A stretch of DNA of 64,000 nt from Octopus vulgaris (Eukaryota), in assembly GCA_951406725.2 (NCBI GenBank), contig OX597832.1:12586001-12650000 (forward strand), given 5' to 3'. Position 1 is the stretch's first letter, and every line of letters begins with the position of its first letter. The translations under genes were made by a program, and so were the position numbers. Below the pieces are notes generated by a model. It was not told the origin of the DNA, searched no databases, and was given only the letters and a program-made list of their open reading frames with translations. Positions 39,021 to 53,361 of the stretch are shown here, in pieces.

Positions 39021-40007
39021 GTGAGCATATCTATGTTTGTATGTTTATGCATAATTATATTCGATGGCCTGTGTGCAACTAAGCCTTTACGTACCATCTT
39101 TTAGTAATTCAATATAGCTCTTGATTTCCTTTTCACATGACTACTATGTTCTAATGACCAAATATCAGATACTTAAATAGCAATACTCGCTAGACGAATA
39201 CAATACAATCTATTTGTAAATCATTGTATTCACTGAGGCAATTAGTACCATAATTTTGTTGGTTTCTACTCACCATAACAGACTGAAATGATAATTGCAT
39301 AAAGTTATTCAGAAGTGCTGTCATCCGTATGACTTAGAACAACGAAAATTTAAAATATTCACAAAAGGAGAGGAGAAGAAGCACGCTGTCTAAAACATGA
39401 AACAACAGAAAAGAGACAAGACAGACTTAAATAAAGTAAAATGTCTGAAGCGAAACTATAACAATCAATCAACGTTTTGAAAAACACGGTAAAATACCGG
39501 CTTCAGGAAGTGATAAGTACAATGCGGAAAATGAAGCATCGACAGCGAGAAACTTCAGAACCATGGACATGGAAGCGATGAACATTATTGTACACGTGAA
39601 TTGAACCGTCATCAGTAAAAATCCAAATTTCAGTGCCTTCGAGGTTGCATACAATTTGGGATTGGCTTATTATAATGCTTCATTAAGTGGTGGATTGAGC
39701 ACCATGAGAGCCTAGAACATTTTAAATGGGTACTAGGGAATGCATTCGTACAAATTAGAAGTTTTTTTTCGTGGATATGCAAATGCATACACATAAATAT
39801 ATATTTTATCCCCATTATGAAGCGCTACTCCATACAGATTTTTTTCTCTTATCACTTTTTGTATTCGTTCTCCATTTTTATCCTCTCAATCTTTTCTGGT
39901 TAGACTTCAAAGACTTGTCTATTCTCCCGAGCGGTAGAATAATAAATTTGCTTCTTATTCCTTCGCTTGCCATCGCTTTTTGTCTTCAGTAAATTTGGAC
40001 TATCTAC

Positions 40008-40093
<86 letters not shown>

Positions 40094-40335
40094 CATATAT
40101 ATACATATACATAAATATAAATGCCTATATATATAGACATATATATATATACATATATATATAGACACACATGTGTATATATACATATATATTCATATAT
40201 ATTTACATCAATAGATTGATAGATAGATACATAGATAGATAGATAAACATAGATATATGCAATCGTGGGTTTACATAAGTATGTGCACACACATACATAT
40301 TTACATATATGTATATTTTCATTAACACAGACACA

Positions 40336-40368
<33 letters not shown>

Positions 40369-41619
40369 ATATCTATATAAGTATAAATGTGGATTTGTGT
40401 ATACGCGTGAGCGTTTGTGTGCACCTGTACATATATCTTTCTTTGTATAATTTGTAAAGAACCATTCCTCTCTTCATAAATACAAAGTAATAACATATTT
40501 CTGCTAAAGTATTTCTGCCAATATTACGATCATTGTATTTACGTGGCTCAAAGATATTAGTGGAATATTTTTTACCACATTAATTGGGGGTAGAAGGAAT
40601 ATCAACTTTGTTATATTTTGAATACTTTAGCAACATAAAAATCTATGACAAAGATACAATTAAATCGAACAATAAAGAATTGATAAAAAATAATAACAAA
40701 ACGTTGACTGAGAGGGCGTGTCTTTAGTCTCAAATTAGGTATTTCGTTGCTTCATTTGTTCCACCGTAGACTAAACATAGCATCTGCTTCCTCGTAATGA
40801 GCTCTTTAATTTTAATATATTTTCATTTTTCAATTTTGATGTAAAAATATGTTGTTAAATATATCTCAAGCAAATTGGTTGAATCATATTCATACTGAAG
40901 CACGCACATGCGCACAGACGCATACATACACATATTTAAAATTAGCTCTCATCATATCTATAGAAATAAATTTGAATACGTATGTGTGTTTCATCATGGC
41001 TGTTTATGTTCAAGCAAATTGAATGATATAACTGTTTCTGCTTTATGTTACAAATTTGTTCTTTTCGACTACGTCTGTATATTATTTGCATTGTGGTAAA
41101 CGATTGGGAATGGTAGAATTAAGACGTTTCTCTTCTTTCTGCTGTTGAACTAAATTTTCCAACGATCGATTTAAATAAATACTACTGATGCTTAAAGAAA
41201 GTTTTCGAAAGAGACTAACTAATAGCCTACAAAGTGAACACAATAATTTCCTCTGCTGCTGCCAGTACTACCTCACTCGTGCATTTAACTGTTCTATACG
41301 TTCTATACGTAGTATGGAGTGGAGAAGGAGGGCGGATGGTTGAGGTTGAGCTTTCATTTTCTTTTTATATATTTTTTCTTATGCTTGCCTCCTGTTTGGA
41401 AAGAGAAAACCAGCAGACAGAATATGTGAAGTCCCAACACAAATACTAAAATAGACAAAAGTCAACAGCAACCAGCAACAATAACAAGAAAACTTACTCT
41501 TTTAAATGTATGACTATATATATACATATATATATACAAATATATTTATGTACGTTTACGTACATACATATATTTGTACACATATATGTATATGAATGTG
41601 TATGTATAGTTATGTATAT

Positions 41620-41667
<48 letters not shown>

Positions 41668-41780
41668 GTGTGTATGTATGTATATGTATATATATCCGTA
41701 TACACATATATATATATATATATATACATACACACACATATATATATATGTATATATATATATATTTGTGTGTATGTAAG

Positions 41781-41838
<58 letters not shown>

Positions 41839-41919
41839 TATATGTGTGTGTGCGTGTACATAGATATATATGAATGTCTTTGGTTGTAACTGATGTTATT
41901 ACTACTATCATCATCGGCC

Positions 41920-41980
<61 letters not shown>

Positions 41981-43199
41981 TAATATTATTGTTATTTTCG
42001 TTTCTTGTATTATTTTATTCAAGAAAGCTCCGTTCCGCTAACAGACATTTCGAAATCAATAAGTCAGACCGTGTTTATTTTAGTAATAAATGGGTGCTTT
42101 TACCTCAATATAATAATGAAACCTCGAACAATCAGTCAGTTAATTTAACAAAATTATTCTATTCATTTTGTCATTCACTCAGGAAGATAATCCTATTATA
42201 TCAGTCATCTACCAAGAAACGAAAGAAAATAAAATGAAATCAAATAAAGAGATATACAATAATTGAGATATATAACGTTCCTTACTGTAAATCTTTCTGA
42301 AAACTAAATTTAAAGAAGAAAAAATAAAGATAAATCCAAAACAAAGACACTCATACACATCTAACATGGAAAAAAGAACAGAAGCTATATATATATATAT
42401 ATATATATATAATACTAATACTAATAGAAATAAAATGAAGAGGATACATTGTGTATGTGGGCCTGTCTGTGTATGTATAGACGTATATATGTATATGTAT
42501 GTATGAAAGTACGTACGTACGTATTTATGTTTGTATGTATGTATAGTTGTTCTGTACACCATTTTGCCTTTACTTTTAAGTTTACTTAATGTTTGCCTTG
42601 TTATGATGAATGGCTTTCCTAGGAGATATCAGATAATATAAACAACTGGATGAAGCATATATACTTTTTTTTTATGTCACAATGTTGTCATATGTTATTT
42701 TTATTACAATTTTGTGACAGACGCAGACTTCACTAAGCGAATAGTTTTGCGACAGTATTCTTTAGAAAATAATCCAGACTGTATTATCGTGTCTCAGTTG
42801 CAAAATCTTGAATAAACAATTCGTTTTGTGAAGCGCTTTAGTATTTAATTATCAATATATTATATTTACGTAAATAAAATGATAGAGAAGTATATAGTCT
42901 ACAACATTGAATTAAATGACTGCTATTCGGTATTTCCTTTTGACGACTTAATTCAGACATAATTGTTAAAATAACTGCATGAAAAATATTATAGTTGATT
43001 TAATTGACTATCAATTCAGTATACTATGTAAATATGGGATCTAGTGTAATTGGACAGTCTTAAGAGTTATGAACAAAGCCACAGATGGTTGAATCGATTG
43101 TTTTTCCGTTAAATAAAGGGGGAAAAGTAAAGTCAATATTCGTATATATATATTCATTGCTTTGTTCAAATACGTGTATTAGGTACTCAGTCGCTTTGT

Positions 43200-43540
43200 G
43201 TATCAACGCTGGAATTAGCTGCTAAGCGGAAAATATAAGATTTGAAGATGCTCGGTTAGGTTGTGGAAGATAGGAAACAGAATTCCCTCAGGCTCTAAGC
43301 AACGAATTCCTTGCTTTGCTTCAATAGCCGTAGGTCAACGTAATTAGTAATCACAAGGCTTAATGTAGTTTTACGACGTTGTGTAATTAGAGAGCTAGGA
43401 GATCAGACCATTGGTGAGGAAAGGATACATTTGTGGATCTAGGTGATTGTAGTATACAGTTTGCTAATTTATACGAGGAGCGACAGAGGTAGAAACAAAT
43501 GTTCTTTGGCTAAGTCTGTGTAAAGTTGGTGAATAAATAT
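43200..43540 (-). pseudogene. decayed CR1/L2-like LINE 3' coding end
   Basis: Reverse-complement fragments LHRLSQRTFVS / LSLL / YKLAN / NSLLRA / SIFKS resemble LxxLxxRR...LxLxYK...WNxLP...FK. Confidence 0.35.
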
Positions 43541-44343
43541 TTATCGATCAGAAAAGTGACTGTTTGTTTGCATGTTGTTTAGAAATTTTGTTTTTGAAGA
43601 ACTCTTTCTGATAAAGGCCTTCAAAGTTGTGAGGCAATTGAATAACATTAAATAAATATCAGAAGTGTAGCATTAGACTTCTTGACATTTGCAAGTGGTG
43701 GTCATCTAACAAACTTTTGTGGCTTGTAACGTCAACATAGTATATTAAGTATATTAATGTAAAATGAGAATTATGGGAAACTATTGTTGTTGTAGATATT
43801 ACTGTTGTTATTTAACCTCATGTTAATATTAATTCTTGAATACGACAGATTTCAGATGACATATATTTGAACTTCATCATCCAGGTATTTTTGTTTTTAT
43901 CATTCCTCTGGCAGGGGAAAGTATCCCTGTGTAGTATTGAATGACGCGCGGTAACTGGACAAGGAACTTCTACTCCAACTCAGGCTGACGAATGACGCGT
44001 GAGTGAGTCTAGGGGATAGAAACTGTTTGGAAATGCGTCATACACACAGACACACACACATATGTGTGTGTTTGTATCTGTACGTGCGCGCGTGAGTGTG
44101 TGTAGTGCGTGCGCGCGCCCGTGCGTCTATGCATTTCTATATGTTTGACTATTGCATGATAAACAGGATTGGTTTGTGTATATCCCCGTAATTTAACGAA
44201 GCGGCAAAATATATTGGCAGAATCAGTGTCGAACTCAACAAGTAAGTGCTGGGTTTGACTTGTTTGACTAGGAATTTGAAGATGGTGAGCCATCATGCCT
44301 ACTGGCCAATGACTGACATAGCTAAATCATAAAAAATATGTGA

Positions 44344-44930
44344 TCTTTTCTACTCTAGGCACAAGACCCGCAATTCTTTGGTAGTGGGGGCCAGTCGATT
44401 AGATCAACCCCCACTGCGTAGGTGGTACTTAATTTAATCGACCCGAAAGGATGAAAGACAAAATCGACCTCGGCAGAATTTGAACTCAGAACCTAGCGGC
44501 AGACGAAATACCTATTTCTTTACTATCCACAAGGGGCTAAACACAGAAAGGACAAACAAGGACAGACACACGGATTAAGTCGATTATATCGGACTCCAGT
44601 GCGTAACTGGTACTTATTTAATCGACCCAGAAAGGATGAATAGGCAAAGTCGACCTCGGCAGAATTTGAACTGAGAACGTAACGGCAGACGAAATACCTA
44701 TTTCTTTACTATCCACAATGGGCTAAACACAGAAAGGATAAACAAGGACAGACAAACGGATTAAGTCGATTATATCGACTCCAGTGCGTAACTGGTACTT
44801 ATTTAATCGACCCAGAAAGGATAATAGGCAAAGTCGACCTCGGCAGAATTTGAACTCTGAACGTAACAGCAGACGAAATACCGCTAGGCATTTCGCCCGG
44901 CGTGCTAACATTTCTGCCAGCTCGCCGCCT
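44344..44930 (-). mobile_element. SINE family A trimer (head-[core-tailX]2-core-tailY)
   Basis: CGACCTCGGCAGAATTTGAACT occurs three times; GAAATACC at 44505, 44691 and 44875 (~185-bp period). One intact head, GGCGGCGAGCTGGCAGAAATGTTAGCACGCCGGGCGAAATG (reverse complement). Confidence 0.95.
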
Positions 44931-45536
44931 TCCTTGTTAGTTTATGTTGCATAGAGTGACATGTTGATCGGTCAAACCCAGATCAATATTACCGCAGAAG
45001 TTTCATTGTGTTTCTTGATCGAGCAGCTTAGATTATACGTTGTGGCTGGTTCACATAACAATTCGGAAATATGAATTACATTTTTATGCAATTTGAATGA
45101 AAGGGAATTTGTCACATCTCTAGGATTAATACCTTTAACACGATAAAATGCAAAAAGCCGACCTTTATAGCCCAAATATTCATTATGTCATGAGAGGCTC
45201 ATAATACACCTTTATAGTTCAAATGAAACGTTTTCAGCATATAGATATATTTTCAAAGCAATTACACGTATCGTTATATAACCAGGGATTTATGTAAAAA
45301 AAAGAACTGCTTGAATATGTTTTATATATTATATCAATCTTGCAGCATTTCAATTGTATTATCGTATCGCCGCTATTTCACTGGAAAATACATAGGTTGA
45401 TAAATATAACTGATTGTACATGCCGTAAATGTGTTATATCTAAATATACGACTCGAACAAATGCAAATAAAAGCTATAAACAAGAATGTATAAACAGCCC
45501 TATTATGTCACTGAGTTGCTCAATATATACGGTAGC

Positions 45537-45643
45537 AAAATAAAGTACCAGTTTCGCACTCGGTCGATGTAATCGACTCAATCCCTTTGTCTGTCCTTGA
45601 GTGTCCCCTCTATGTTTAGCCCCTTGTAGGTAGTAAAGAAATA
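45537..45643 (+). mobile_element. SINE family A 3' fragment ending in tail X
   Basis: AAAGTACCAGTTTCGCACTCGGTCGATGTAATCGACTC...TTTAGCCCCTTGTAGGTAGTAAAGAAATA. Confidence 0.85.
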
Positions 45644-45809
45644 TACATAGGGTAGCAAGTTAGCAATCGAATGAATGCCGGGGTGGTTACGGTCTAAATG
45701 GAACACTGAAAATTATCCGGTGATGAATATTAATTCGCTTAGAAGACGAATATTAATAATTACTTCCCACACAGACACACGCTAACATGAATATATGGGT
45801 ATATATAAA

Positions 45810-46025
45810 TATCATCGTCATCATCATCGTCGTCATCATCATTGTCATCAACATCGTCGTCGTCATCATCATCATCATCACCATCATTATCATCCTTTAG
45901 CATCTGCTTTCCATGCCATGCTTGCACGTGTTAGACGGTTTAAGTGGAACTAGTAAGGCAGGGATCTGCCACGTTCCACTATGATTTGGCATTTCTACGG
46001 CTGAATGGCCTTCTTAATGCCAAAT
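45810..46025 (-). mobile_element. 3' end of an RTE-related SINE/LINE with (GAT)n tail
   Basis: Reverse complement TTGGCATTAAGAAGGCCATTCAGCCGTAGAAA (resembles the GGAAGGGCATCCAGCCGTA motif) ... CATGGAAAGCAGATGCTAAA, followed by (GAT/GAC)n. Confidence 0.6.
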
Positions 46026-46194
46026 ACACGAACACCCACATACATATAGCATGCGTACATACATATATACATATCTCTCTCTATATATATAAGTGTGTGC
46101 GTATGAGCACGTGTGCGTGTGTTTATGCTTTTGACTTTTATCCCGCTACGGTTTGGCAACAGGTGATGTTTTCTTAACATCCCAGTGACCTAGC

Positions 46195-46325
46195 GGAGGC
46201 GGGGGCAATAGGTGGGTGGCTGTATGTTAAGAATTTTACTTCCAAATCACATGAAACTTGGTTGAGTACCACTGAAGTCTCGGTCTGACCCTTGTGAATG
46301 GATTTGCTGTACGGATAATATATGG
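46195..46325 (+). mobile_element. decayed SINE family B 5' part
   Basis: GTGGCTGTATGTTAAGAA...CACATG...GGTTGAGTACCACTG...CCTTGTGAATGGATTTG. Confidence 0.55.
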
Positions 46326-46582
46326 ATTATTACAAGCTCACCCCTCCCCACATATACACACACATATATATATATATATATTGATAGATAGTTAGATAGA
46401 GAGAGAGAGAAAAAGATAGATAGATAGTTATAGACAGGTATATGCACGTGTGAGATTTGGGGTCTGTAATTTAACCCCCCACCCGGCTTTTACGTCCTCG
46501 TAATTCATCGTTTTAGCAAATTACATATAAACACTTACTCACACACGCACTAACATCCAAATACACACAAACACACACACAA

Positions 46583-46621
<39 letters not shown>

Positions 46622-46859
46622 CAAAGACACACACATGCACATAGACTCACATATACCTCCTACATACATAACACACACTCATACATACACGCACACAATT
46701 ACACACATGCTATTACAAACACACAAACATACGCACGCGCATATCCTATTACATACACACACACACACATGCTATTGCACATACACTAACAGACACCCAC
46801 ACGGAGACTCGCACGCACGCACATAACCCCCCACCAGACAGATAACTCTTTCTCTTACA

Positions 46860-47125
46860 CTCTCCTGTCTTAGAAAGGTATTTTCTTCACCCATTCACTT
46901 CACCCATTTCAAAATGTGGCCACATAAACCACATGTGGATCGTTGGCGATTTTTCTTTATCCTTATTCCTTTTTGCTTTGGACTTTCCTCCGTCTCCTGT
47001 TTCTGATGAAGAGCTTTGATCAAAAGCTAAAACAACTTTTCTTTCCTCCCCTAATCTTCTCTTAATACTTTGCATATATCCTCGCGTTGTTGTTTATTCT
47101 TGTGTCTCATCTCGTTTCTTTTCTT
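46860..47125 (+). mobile_element. PLE-type terminal fragment related to 27317-27495, with decayed hammerhead at 46999-47033
   Basis: GTTT CTGATGA A GAGC-TTT-GATC AAAAG CTA AAAC; downstream ATCCTCGCGTTGTTGT is shared with the 27317 block. Confidence 0.55.
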
Positions 47126-47148
47126 GGAGGGGGGGGGGGTTAAATGTG

Positions 47149-47186
<38 letters not shown>

Positions 47187-47357
47187 TGCGTGTGTATAAT
47201 CTAATATAAACACGTAAATGGACAAGTCAAACATTATCCGCATTTTGGCCGTAACATACCTTTATTATTGTCACACTGCCTACTGGTACTATTGTGTTCA
47301 CGTTATCGAAGTTAGAGCCTGATCGCGCCATCTTTCTTTTGGGTTTACAATCTGAGC

Positions 47358-47465
47358 ATGGCCGCTCCACTAGCTATATTTACCAAAGGAGAAGGAACAA
47401 CGATCCTTTTTCTCTGGTTGGAAGGTGTCAGGTGCTGAAATTCATCGGAAGATTTTAGCACGATT
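47358..47465 (+). pseudogene. mariner transposase N-terminal fragment
   Basis: MAAPLAIFTKGEG...ILFLWLEGV/GAEIHRKILA is homologous to the minus-strand copy starting at 47908. Confidence 0.8.
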
Positions 47466-47469
47466 GGTT

Positions 47470-47908
47470 TAATGTAATGGTTTCAACGGCCTCTGTGGCC
47501 GTGTGTGAGTGTGCATTGTCATGCAAGGAACATCTTCGACAATAGGCTCTGGCGTCTGGTGCGAATTACTGGCTTCAGTTTGTTGACCAGCAAAGCACTG
47601 TCTAATCTCTAGAGATCGAACTACCTCATCGATGATAACTCGCCCCTTCACCATCACTCGAGGTTATTGAATAATCTTGTCAGTTGTGGAGCTTGACGGG
47701 CGTCCTGATCCTCTTCGTGTGTTACGTTTGTCCGGCGACTTTTAAACTTCTCTATCCACTCATACGCATTTCCACGCAGTGGTGCACTGTCCCTGTATTA
47801 TGCTAAAAGCCTTCGCTGAATTTCAGCACCTGACACACCTTCGGACTAAACAAATCGGATCACTGCTTTTTGTTCTTCTTTGGTGCACATTACTAGTGGA
47901 ACAGCCAT
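47470..47908 (-). pseudogene. mariner transposase pseudogene, internally deleted
   Basis: MAVPLVMCTKEEQKAVIRFV*SEGVSGAEIQRRL...YEWIEKFKS...GSGRPSS (HTH, GRP), fused to LVNKLKPVIRTRR...HDNAHSHT (HDNA catalytic motif). Confidence 0.9.
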
Positions 47909-49659
47909 GCCTAGACTGTAAAACCAGAAAGAAAAATGGTGGGTTGAGTCTCAAACGTCGAGCACGTGACCACGATAGTAACAATTATAAGCTCGCACGC
48001 GCAGAAGTCAGTGTGACAATAATAAAGAAAATGCGGATAATTTTTGACTTACCTTCGAGGCTGTAGCAGAAGATTTCTTACCTAAGGTACCACACTGTCG
48101 GAATGAATCCGAAAATACGTGATTGGGAAGCAAGCTTTTTACCAGACAACAATGCCTGAGAGAGCAGGAAAGAGGAAATGCATAACCTTTCTTATAAGGA
48201 TTGATCTTACACGCAACAGATAAAAAAAAAAGCCTGAAAAAAAATATATAAAAATGATTTCCATCGACTGAGAATAGAACCTCTCTTTCAAAATCGGTTC
48301 TTGATAGCATTATGTTTCGTAGTGCGGCTCACTGAATATTAAATAATGGTACAATTTATATACAGCAAATGTTACTATGGTATCTCTGACGTGTGTAACG
48401 CTATTCATAATTTATATAACTCCTACCACTATTTTCTTTATTTTGTGGATACATAAAAATTGAATTATATATTAGTATGATCTTTAAATTCAATAATTAG
48501 AACATTGCTAGCTAATCTTTCAATGCATTGTAGCTGAAGGTAAATCTTTCAAGTGATTTGTATATATACAAAAGCATCTAATATAATAATCGCATTAAAT
48601 AAAAACAAACTGGAAGCTAACAAAATGTTATTTGCATAAATGCATAAACTTATTCGATTATAGGGCCATTTAAAGTTTGCTTTATCTCATTTATTCAGTT
48701 TAAGCTTGTCTCTTCATAAAGCAGTCTTCAAACTTCAACAAAATAATAACTTTTCAGATTATTGAATATTTGTTTCAAGTACTTTATTTCTGTGAATGCA
48801 ACGAACGAAATGAAGAGGAATAAGGTTGGAACAGAAACAGATAAATAGCTTTGCGTAAATTTGCCAAACAATAATTCCAAACATATACGTGTGTAACTCA
48901 ATGAAATTCTGCATATATGTGTGTGTTTATGCGAGTGGCTATGACATTGTGTATATATAATTGTGTGTGTGTATGACTGTGAATGCTTCTAAGTGAAAAC
49001 AGAACACAGAATGTTAGAGTACATAATAACGAAATTAGGGTGAATTTATATATCGGTGGCTAAAATATCAAAGGTTGTTACTCCTGAAATTTTCGCCGAT
49101 ATGTGGACGATTGTGGTACAGAGAACACAAAATTATCGAAAGAATAGACATACAATATAAACGTGTGAATGCTATAGATCAGGCACTTTCATCGAAAAGG
49201 AATAACAAGGTCCTATTAATCATCTATGATTGCAATGGAAATTTGATACAAAACATTACGATAGGAAAAGCAAAGTAGGCATGTTTTTAAAGTGTGGATA
49301 GATTCCTGTAAATACCTACACACACACTTTCACACACGCAGACACAGAGACAGACATACAGAGACGGACACAGACACACACATATACATATACATGTATA
49401 CGTATATATGTACTTACACATGCATAAATATACATATATATATGAAACATATATGTATATAAAAGTATGTATGTATGTGTGTATATATATATATATATGT
49501 ATATATATATAATTATGCAATTTTGACTTGTCCGGCAGCATGTTCCTCATTGAATGACTTATTCGACCCTTTCACTATTCTGTTCCACAGAAATTATTGG
49601 GACCGATCATAAATAAATGCTTTCTCTACAATTTGTTCAACAATGCTAAATAATAGAAT

Positions 49660-49706
<47 letters not shown>

Positions 49707-49744
49707 TACACACACACACACCTTCACTCATTAAAATACGTACC

Positions 49745-49791
<47 letters not shown>

Positions 49792-49960
49792 TCTCACGTT
49801 CTGCCATATATAGTTTCGTTGTGTTTTAGACTAAACAAAACCTGCGCTTTAAATATAACAGTGAAGGTTGAAATCGAAAGGTAACCAGACCATGCCTAGA
49901 TTTCATTCTGTTGTGATTGTAGTTCATTCATCTTTATGATCATCATCATCATCATCATCA

Positions 49961-50009
<49 letters not shown>

Positions 50010-52280
50010 CTTTATTATTTTTGAATATAATATACTTTGCTTATAAATGGTACCTCAAAGGTACTATTGATATTGAATTCATTTTTTTTTCTTTTTAATC
50101 TCTGAAGAGAATGTATTTGCTTCATTTGTACATTTTATCTTTTATTTTCATATTTTTCCTTTATTTTTTTCTTTTACGTCTATGTTCATAAACGTTCAAA
50201 CTAAGTAGATCAAAATATATGAATACAACGTAATATGTACAGTTATACACATCAAAGAATATGATACGCACTTTAAACTTAAGATAAGTATATTCAATCA
50301 TTCAATAAATACCATTATCATAGTCTGTACAAGTACTTGTAAGTAGTTATGAATTTATATTTAATATAAATATTTCAGCTTCGCTTTTTGTACTCGGTTC
50401 AGAAAGCGTGCCACTTGGGCTTATTGAAGGTATTATAAAGGCAAATGAAGATAAGCTGTCATGTTATGAATTCATTAAACCTTTTATCATGCAATGCTAA
50501 ATAATATATTCGAAAAGAAGGAAAAATCCTTTTATCAGTCGTATATCAAATCCTTGAAGCTACATAGCAATACAAATTAATTTTGCAATTATGTAGATGA
50601 GGTTTTGGGAATTTAATATTTACGATCAACCTAGTTATTTGTGTCTTATACTCTTAGATAGTAATATATAAATTTGCCGTTGTTATTGTCATTGTTGTTG
50701 CTGTTGATACGTGAGTGTCATCCTTTAATTCTCAAAATAAGTACATATAAAATTCTCAAAATAAATATATAAAAGAATTCAGTTATAATTTTTCATCAAT
50801 ATTCATGCTGATATTACTAAGTTGATAGCAATATTATGAAGTTAGATTAAGGTAACAAATCAAGTGCAATGATATATCGACTGTTTCGTTGGTATTTCTG
50901 TACTGTCATACATCTCCGTTCAAAGTTTGTTAAAAATTATTCAGTGAATTATTTGTTTATTTAAGTGAAAGTTTTCGGAGAGTTACTTCTTCTTGGGACG
51001 GGTACATCGTATAAATTGTGACATCACAAAAGTAAATTTCTAAGAATTACTTTCTAAGAAGTGCCTCATGAAAATTTACGAATAGAGAGGATTTAACAGA
51101 TATGAAAAAAAAAAAAAAATTGTGCACCTATTTTAAAATCGGTGACGATCATATGTGCAACCATATTTCTACTTTATGGCCACACAAAAAATATCTGCCT
51201 GGTTGAGTTTTATGTATGTCATTATTTAGTTTTAATTCAAGATTCCCTGCCCATTGCGAATGAACAACAGGTTGGTTTTGTATGTATGTATGAAAGTATG
51301 TATGTATGCATGCATGTATGCATGTATATATATATGTGTGTATGATGCACATTTGTATGTTTTATTTTATGTATGTTTCCTCATGCACATACCTGCATGC
51401 ATGCATGTATATATGTATGTATATATGTATGTATGTATGTATGTATATATGCATATATGTATGTATGTATGTAAGAATGTATGTATGTATATATGTATGT
51501 AAGAATGTATGGGCATAGATTCAACTATTACAAATTTTTGCACGCAGTAGGAATATTAACAACGGTGCTCGACGATTTTATAGCTGAACACATGCCTCCA
51601 TATTTTCCAGAAATTCTTATTAATTGTTAAGATATAGTCTTGAAGTCATCTGGAAGTGCTTAATACAGAATACAAATTGCCCAAGAAAAAAGGAAATACA
51701 ATAACTTTTAATGATAACTATCTACTTATCACCTACTTTAATGCGTATGGTGGGACATACTTCTTACTGGGTGAGTGGAGTTTTGAAACACTTCAGAAGC
51801 AGTCAATACTTGCACGTGTTATTTACCAAAGTATGAGTGGTATACTGAACGAATAGCGATTTGCTGGCAAAGTTTCCTATCTCTGTTGTAGCTAATTCAT
51901 TGAATCATAGTATGTTTTCACATTGATTTTTATTTTATATTCTATTCGTTTTTGTGTTAATGACAAAAATCCATTGCACGTACTGTTTACCTGGAATGCT
52001 TCTTAAATGAAAGCCGAAACTAACAAAAGCAATGGTAACACGCGTACACATCAGTAAGCTTGTATATGTGTGTGTGTCTGTGTGTATTTAAGTGCTCTTA
52101 CACGCTTATGTGTCTATACATGTTGTTTCTTCATTATATAGACTTAGATATGCATGTATGTAAGTATGTTTGTGAATCTATAATCACGCATGGACGAGCG
52201 TGACTATATATGTGTGTATATGTATATATACATACATGTATGTGTGTGTATGTGTATGTATATTTCTATATACATATTTA

Positions 52281-52350
<70 letters not shown>

Positions 52351-52352
52351 TA

Positions 52353-52665
52353 TGTGGAGGCGCAATGACCCAGTGGTTAGGACAGCGGACTCGCAGTCGG
52401 AGGATCGCGGTTTCGATTCCTAGACCGGGCGTTGTGTATATTTATTGAGCGAGAAAAAACCTAATAGCTCCACGGATTCCAGCATGGGATGGTGGCGACG
52501 CCTGTTGGACTCTTTCGCCACAACTTTCTCTCACTCTCTCTTCCTGTTTCTTGAGTAACGCCGCGATGGACTGACGTCCCGGCCATCTGGGAGGAACACA
52601 TATGCCACAGAAACCGGGAATTCGAGCCCATGAGCCTAGCTAAGCTTGAAAAGGGCGACGTTTAT
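52353..52665 (+). mobile_element. tRNA-derived SINE, head C + tail T3 (V-domain-like)
   Basis: Same head and body as 34384 up to CTTCCTGTTTCT, then GCGATGGACTGACGTCCC...GCCACAGAAACCGGGA, which resembles the V-SINE domain (recalled, not searched). Confidence 0.85.
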
Positions 52666-52666
52666 C

Positions 52667-52703
<37 letters not shown>

Positions 52704-53288
52704 CACATCCCTATTTACACATAGGGATGGATAGATCGATAGATAATTTATGTGTGTGTAAGTATGCATATATTTTTATGCGATTTTTTACGTCTTTATT
52801 TATTGAACGGCATAACGTGCATAGCCATTTGAAAAATATGAATTCTGCCGGGGTTCACTGTCACTTTCATCCTTTCGCGGATGATAAATTAGTAAGCCAC
52901 AAGAGAATTTATGGCATTGAGCCTATAACAGAAAGAGGTATTTTACTTATCAAATCTGTTTTGGCACGCTTTAAGAATAATTCGGCCTAGATACACTGTC
53001 ATAGTTGATGGTTAGATGTGGGTTAACTTAATTTAACAATTATGAATTAAGTAGTTCCGCGATATCGAATCTGAGATTCGAGAGAAAATGGAGAATAATT
53101 TACCTCAGAATATTTGTTAATATTTAAATTCGAACGACCACAAGCATGAATAAATCTAAAATACGTGTGCGTGGTGTGTGTGTGTGTGCGTGTGTATATA
53201 TATATATATATACTAACAATTAAGGGTTTAGCAACGAATTGCCTCACCACACACCGAATTTAGAAATAGCAGTCAAAGAGTTATAGCT

Positions 53289-53336
<48 letters not shown>

Positions 53337-53361
53337 TATATTTTATTTATTATATAGAAGG

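Larger units (their letters stand above)
47215..48060. mobile_element. rearranged mariner element made of two convergent 5' ends
   Basis: AAGTCAAACATTATCCGCATTTT (47224) matches reverse-complement AAGTCAAAAATTATCCGCATTTT (48028-48050). Both are followed inward by TTTATTATTGTCACACTG and a transposase start. Confidence 0.85.
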
